DNA from: an uncultured Verrucomicrobiota bacterium
GTDB lineage: Bacteria; Verrucomicrobiota; Kiritimatiellia; RFP12; UBA3636
Reading direction: 5' to 3'
Length of the DNA: 51,506 nucleotides
Assembly: GCA_946534105.1 (NCBI GenBank)
Contig: CAMNCG010000002.1
Location: 1 to 51,506 of the forward strand
Part shown: positions 48,253 to 51,506 of the stretch, piece after piece
How positions within the stretch are numbered: position 1 is the first letter of the stretch
How the letters are laid out: each line of letters opens with the position of its first letter
Program-made: the position numbers and the translations under genes
Notes under the pieces: generated by a model
Database searches by the model: none
What the model was told of the DNA's origin: nothing
The model's input: only the letters and a program-made list of their open reading frames with translations

Positions 48253-49356
48253 TCACAGCGTCTCCCCTCGGATGTAGTCCGGCCCGACAACGACGTCCGT
48301 CGGGAACGAGCCGCCCTTGAAGTATTCCAGCACGCAGTCCGCCAGCGTGGCGCCGATGGCGGCGTTGTCCAGCTCCATGCGCGTCACCGGCTTGAAGAAG
48401 AATGGGCCGTAGCGGCGGTTCGCCCAGGAGACGACGCGGACGTCCTCCGGGATGCGGAGGCCGGCGAAGCCCATCGCCTGGAGCGCGCCGGAGGCGAGGT
48501 GGTCGTTCTGGAAGAAGAGGAGGTCGGGGAGCCAGCCGCGCCCCTTGGCGAGGCGCTTCGTGAACTCCACGGTCGCCCAGTCCGCGAAGTCATATCCGGG
48601 GCCGTTCACCAGCGCGCGGGGGGTGCGGAGGGTTTCGACGCGGATGCCCTCGCGGGCAAGAAGCTCCGTCGCGTCGGCGCGGAGGATATCCGCCACCTGA
48701 AGCACGATCTTCACGCCCGCCTCGCGGCAGTGCGCCGCGAACTCGGGAAGCGCGCGGCCGAAGTCGCGGCGCACGACGCCGATGCAGTTCGGCGGCGCCG
48801 CATCGTCATTCGCCAGCCGCACGAACGGAAGGCCGCGCTTCGAGAGCCAGCGCGTGATGTTCTCCTGGCGGTGGAGCTGCACCACGAGGTCCGTCTGCTG
48901 GCGCAGCACCGTGTCGAGGAGCGAAAAGTCGTCGAAGCGGCGAGGGCGCGTCTCCGCCACCGTGACGGGCGTCACGAGATACCCCGCCGCGGTGAGGCGG
49001 TCGCGCAGCACCGCGTGGACGGCGGTGTCCGACGGGTTGAATACGCCGGGCGGAATCACCGTGACCACGTGCCCCTTCCACAGCGGGCGGTCCGGCGCGC
49101 AGACGACGCTGCCGACGCGGGGGCGGGGGCTGATGAGGCTTTCCTCCCGGATCATCGACACCGCCTGCACGGCGATGCCCATGCTGACGCCGAGGATTTC
49201 CCCGAGTTCGCGCACCGGCGGCAGCACGTCGCCCGGCTTGTAGTAGCCCGTCTCGATCGCGGTGCGCAGCCCCGCCGCGATCTGCTCGGCCAGATCGCCG
49301 TATCGCGAGCGGTCCACCGTAAACGGCGGTTTCTTGAATTTGGTCTTCGATCTCAT
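48253..49356 (-). CDS. transcriptional regulator, GntR-type wHTH fused to a LacI/PBP1-like sugar-binding domain
   Basis: The N-terminal ...YKPGDVLPPVRELGEILGVSMGIAVQAVSMIREESLISPRPRVGSVV is a GntR HTH. The remaining about 280 aa resemble a periplasmic-binding-protein-type fold (...FFQNDHLASGALQAM...IPEDVRVVSW). Confidence 0.7.
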   Translation of the reverse strand: MRSKTKFKKPPFTVDRSRYGDLAEQIAAGLRTAIETGYYKPGDVLPPVRELGEILGVSMGIAVQAVSMIREESLISPRPRVGSVVCAPDRPLWKGHVVTVIPPGVFNPSDTAVHAVLRDRLTAAGYLVTPVTVAETRPRRFDDFSLLDTVLRQQTDLVVQLHRQENITRWLSKRGLPFVRLANDDAAPPNCIGVVRRDFGRALPEFAAHCREAGVKIVLQVADILRADATELLAREGIRVETLRTPRALVNGPGYDFADWATVEFTKRLAKGRGWLPDLLFFQNDHLASGALQAMGFAGLRIPEDVRVVSWANRRYGPFFFKPVTRMELDNAAIGATLADCVLEYFKGGSFPTDVVVGPDYIRGETL

Positions 49357-49475
49357 GCGTGGAGTCCAGAGCGGGCGTCACCCGCCCGTGCCCCCGAACA
49401 ATAGAACAAATGATACAGAATGTCAAGCGACGTGCCAGGCGGGGGCGCGACCGGACTTTGCCAGCGGACATGGCG

Positions 49476-51506
49476 CTAACGCGGGGCGAGCCAGCGGTCG
49501 AGAAGGGAAAGGCGGTTCCGGACCTGGGTCCGGAGCGCGCGGACGTTCGCGGCGAAATCGGGCTCGGCGCCGAGGGGCGGCACGATGCGGTAGTCGGCGT
49601 CCATGTACGGGGCGAGCGCTTCGGACCGCGCGTCGATCCAGGCGTCGAGCGCCGCTTCCGAAAGGGGGCCGGCGCGCAGTTCGCGCCACCGCGTTTCCAC
49701 GCGGCCCCGGAACGACGGCTCGTCGCGGAGAAGCCGGTCGAAGAGGGGCGAAACGAGAAGGCCGGAGCGGGAAGCGCGCCCCGCGGGCGGAACGAGGAAC
49801 GTCTTGTCGCAGTCCCACGGCAGGAGCAGCCAGCGGCCGTCCGGTTCGCGGCGTCCGGCGTACTGGTTGGCGACGCGCGCGTCTTCGTTTCCGGTGAAGT
49901 TGACGAGCAGGAAGAAGTCGGCGAGTTCTCCAAGATCGAAGACGTCGGGCGCGCGGGCCGCGAACTCCTCCGGGGACGACTCCGCGACGAACCGGACGAG
50001 TTCGCGGAACGCGCCGTTCGGGTCGTCCGGACCGGCCGGACTTCCGCCGACGCGGTCGACGGCCTCGGCCGAACCGGACGCCGAGGTCCAGAGCCCGGCG
50101 GGCGTCTTCGCCTTGAACAGGTCGGAGAAGCGCTCCGTCGCGCAGTCCTGGGGGCGCCGGCAGCACTCCCAGACGCCGGCCGGCGCGCCGTTCGCGGAAA
50201 CCTCCGCCCAAAACACCTCCGGCGCGCGCACCACGCCCTCCGGCGACATGGCGCGGAAGAGGTCGAAGCACAGCGCGTTGCGCAGGCGGGTCGCGTCCGC
50301 GTATCCGGAAAGGAGGAGCAGGCGCCGCGCCGGCTCTCCGCCGGGAACGGCCGCAGGAACGTCGAACTTGAGGTTGACGGAGCGGCGGCGGCCGGCGACG
50401 TAGCTCGTGTTGCCGCGCAGTTTCGCGCCGCAGGAACCCGTGCCGGAAAACCATTCCGGCGCTCCGTCCGCCGGAGCGAACCGGCACGCGAATTCCGTGC
50501 GCGCATGCCGGTCGAGCGCGCGGCCGAAATGCAGGTCGAGGGCCGGCAGGCTCCCCCGGGCGGGGCCGGCCGGCGCCCCGCCCTCCGCGCCGGAAACGGG
50601 CGCCGGATCGGGAATGCGCGCGTCCGCGCGGCGCCGGGCGTGGCGGCGCGCGAGGAGCTCCGCCCCGGCGCGCGAAAGCGGAAAACGGGGATCTCCGCGG
50701 AGGAGCTCCAGCGTCCGGTTCCACGCCGCGCCGCGTTCCGCGGCGGACATCCCGGCGCCGGCGGCGGCGTCCGCGGCGCGCGCCGAAAAATGCATCCGGT
50801 CGGGGCGGGCGACGTCGCGCGCGCCGGTGACGAACCACGGCGGAGCCGGGCCTTCGAACGGAACGAGGCAGTAGAGCCCGAGGAAATCGCCGTCGAGATG
50901 GAGCCGGACGAAGACGCCGGGGTCGAGCGGGAGCGGCGTCGCGGCGTCCGGCCGGCGCTCGCCGAACTGCTCCGGGGGAAAAAGCCGCACGACGCCGGAG
51001 CCCCCGCCGAACAGCCCGTGCTCCGAGGCGAGGACGAGCGCCGGCCGGGCGCCCGGCGCGAAACCCGCGGCGTTTTCGTCCAGCCACGCGGCGACGCGAT
51101 CCGTCGCGCCGCGGAACGTCGCCTGGACGCGGCGTTTCTTCGCACCGGCCGGGGTGCGGAACCCGGAGCGCGCGGCGTCGGCCAGCGCGGCCGCGAAATG
51201 GCGGCGGTCGGACCGGGAAAGGCCCAGCTCCAGGACGGGAACGGAGCGGTCGAAAACCGCCTGGCCGCGCAATGCCGTGCCGACGGAGGCGAACGCCGCG
51301 AAAACCGAACGGCAGGCGGCGGCGGCGCGTTCGCGGCGGCGGACCCTCGCGAAAAGGGCCGGTTCGAAAACCTCCGGCACGGACCGCCGGGCCGCCGCGA
51401 GGGCGGCGATTTCGCCGGAATCGAGGGCGCGCCGCCAGACGCTCCATTCGTCCACGTCCGCGCGGGCGGGGAAAAGCCCGCCGGCCCCGAGCGCGAGGAG
51501 GTGCCC
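49476..51506 (-). CDS. CotH-family protein preceded by the end of a LamG-like domain (5' end outside the window)
   Basis: The frame is open to the window edge. ...DVDEWSVWRRALDSGEIAAL is the typical end of a LamG/concanavalin-like domain. LLLSGYADATRLRNALCFDLFRAM and NQYAGRREPDGRWLLLPWDCDKTF fit CotH motifs as I remember them. Confidence 0.6.
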   Translation of the reverse strand, partial: GHLLALGAGGLFPARADVDEWSVWRRALDSGEIAALAAARRSVPEVFEPALFARVRRRERAAAACRSVFAAFASVGTALRGQAVFDRSVPVLELGLSRSDRRHFAAALADAARSGFRTPAGAKKRRVQATFRGATDRVAAWLDENAAGFAPGARPALVLASEHGLFGGGSGVVRLFPPEQFGERRPDAATPLPLDPGVFVRLHLDGDFLGLYCLVPFEGPAPPWFVTGARDVARPDRMHFSARAADAAAGAGMSAAERGAAWNRTLELLRGDPRFPLSRAGAELLARRHARRRADARIPDPAPVSGAEGGAPAGPARGSLPALDLHFGRALDRHARTEFACRFAPADGAPEWFSGTGSCGAKLRGNTSYVAGRRRSVNLKFDVPAAVPGGEPARRLLLLSGYADATRLRNALCFDLFRAMSPEGVVRAPEVFWAEVSANGAPAGVWECCRRPQDCATERFSDLFKAKTPAGLWTSASGSAEAVDRVGGSPAGPDDPNGAFRELVRFVAESSPEEFAARAPDVFDLGELADFFLLVNFTGNEDARVANQYAGRREPDGRWLLLPWDCDKTFLVPPAGRASRSGLLVSPLFDRLLRDEPSFRGRVETRWRELRAGPLSEAALDAWIDARSEALAPYMDADYRIVPPLGAEPDFAANVRALRTQVRNRLSLLDRWLAPR

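Noticed and set aside
48806-51447. Very long minus-strand ORFs 48806..51145 (779 aa) and 49423..51447 (674 aa).
   Set aside because: They are extremely Arg/Pro/Ala-rich alternative frames of the CotH and GntR genes. The frame 49476..51506 contains the CotH and LamG motifs.

Overview
This 51.5-kb window is high-GC bacterial chromosome. By eye most of it is strongly GC-rich, with clearly AT-richer blocks at about 1.45-6.05 kb and 19.1-22.5 kb and intermediate composition at about 23.6-28.2 kb; I did not compute GC. The glycan-degrader-like genes at the right end loosely suggest a PVC-group organism (Kiritimatiellota, Lentisphaerota or Verrucomicrobiota), but that is a guess.

Layout from left to right:
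- 1-0.55 kb: the 3' end of gyrB.
- 0.6-1.4 kb: a decayed DUF1016/YhcG nuclease gene.
- 1.45-6.05 kb: an AT-rich island of five plus-strand genes ending in an AbiH-like abortive-infection protein with an extra C-terminal domain.
- 6.1-12.9 kb: a same-strand array of a Fic protein, a RhuM-like protein, an AlbA_2/HATPase_c_4 regulator, an MM3350-Sel1 protein and a core-less Fic paralogue. Every gene is bounded by a stereotyped GC hairpin plus a leader repeat.
- 12.9-16 kb: housekeeping-like genes (metallophosphoesterase, ArsR-like regulator with two 22-bp palindromic operators, GNAT, DUF486, YgjV).
- 15.97-19.02 kb, minus strand: three repeated terminator-hairpin plus sigma-54-promoter cassettes. 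They drive a small membrane ORF, an ankyrin-like protein, and an operon of a 65-aa ORF, a novel 24-25-aa Trp/Cys repeat protein and a single-HKD PLD nuclease.
- 19.18-22.48 kb: McrBC.
- 22.53-28.23 kb: a tightly packed five-gene block of KAP NTPase, triple CCCH zinc-ribbon protein, N-extended GmrSD-like nuclease, DEDDh exonuclease and macrodomain. This is my best candidate for an undescribed defence system.
- 28.6-31.9 kb: a sigma-54-dependent unknown gene lying divergent from a sigma-54 enhancer-binding protein, which is translationally coupled to ogt.
- 32.2-38.1 kb: small membrane genes, a nucleoside-hydrolase lipoprotein, a DUF4160/DUF2442 pair, a CPBP-family protein, a methyltransferase and a PfkB kinase.
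- 38.21-40.06 kb: a frameshifted IS30-like element.
- 40.2-51.5 kb: a minus-strand glycan-utilisation-like cluster (FAD oxidoreductase, metallophosphoesterase, glycoside hydrolase, giant beta-helix protein, GntR/LacI regulator, CotH).

I saw no rRNA, tRNA or CRISPR array. All family calls come from motif recognition by eye, not from database searches.
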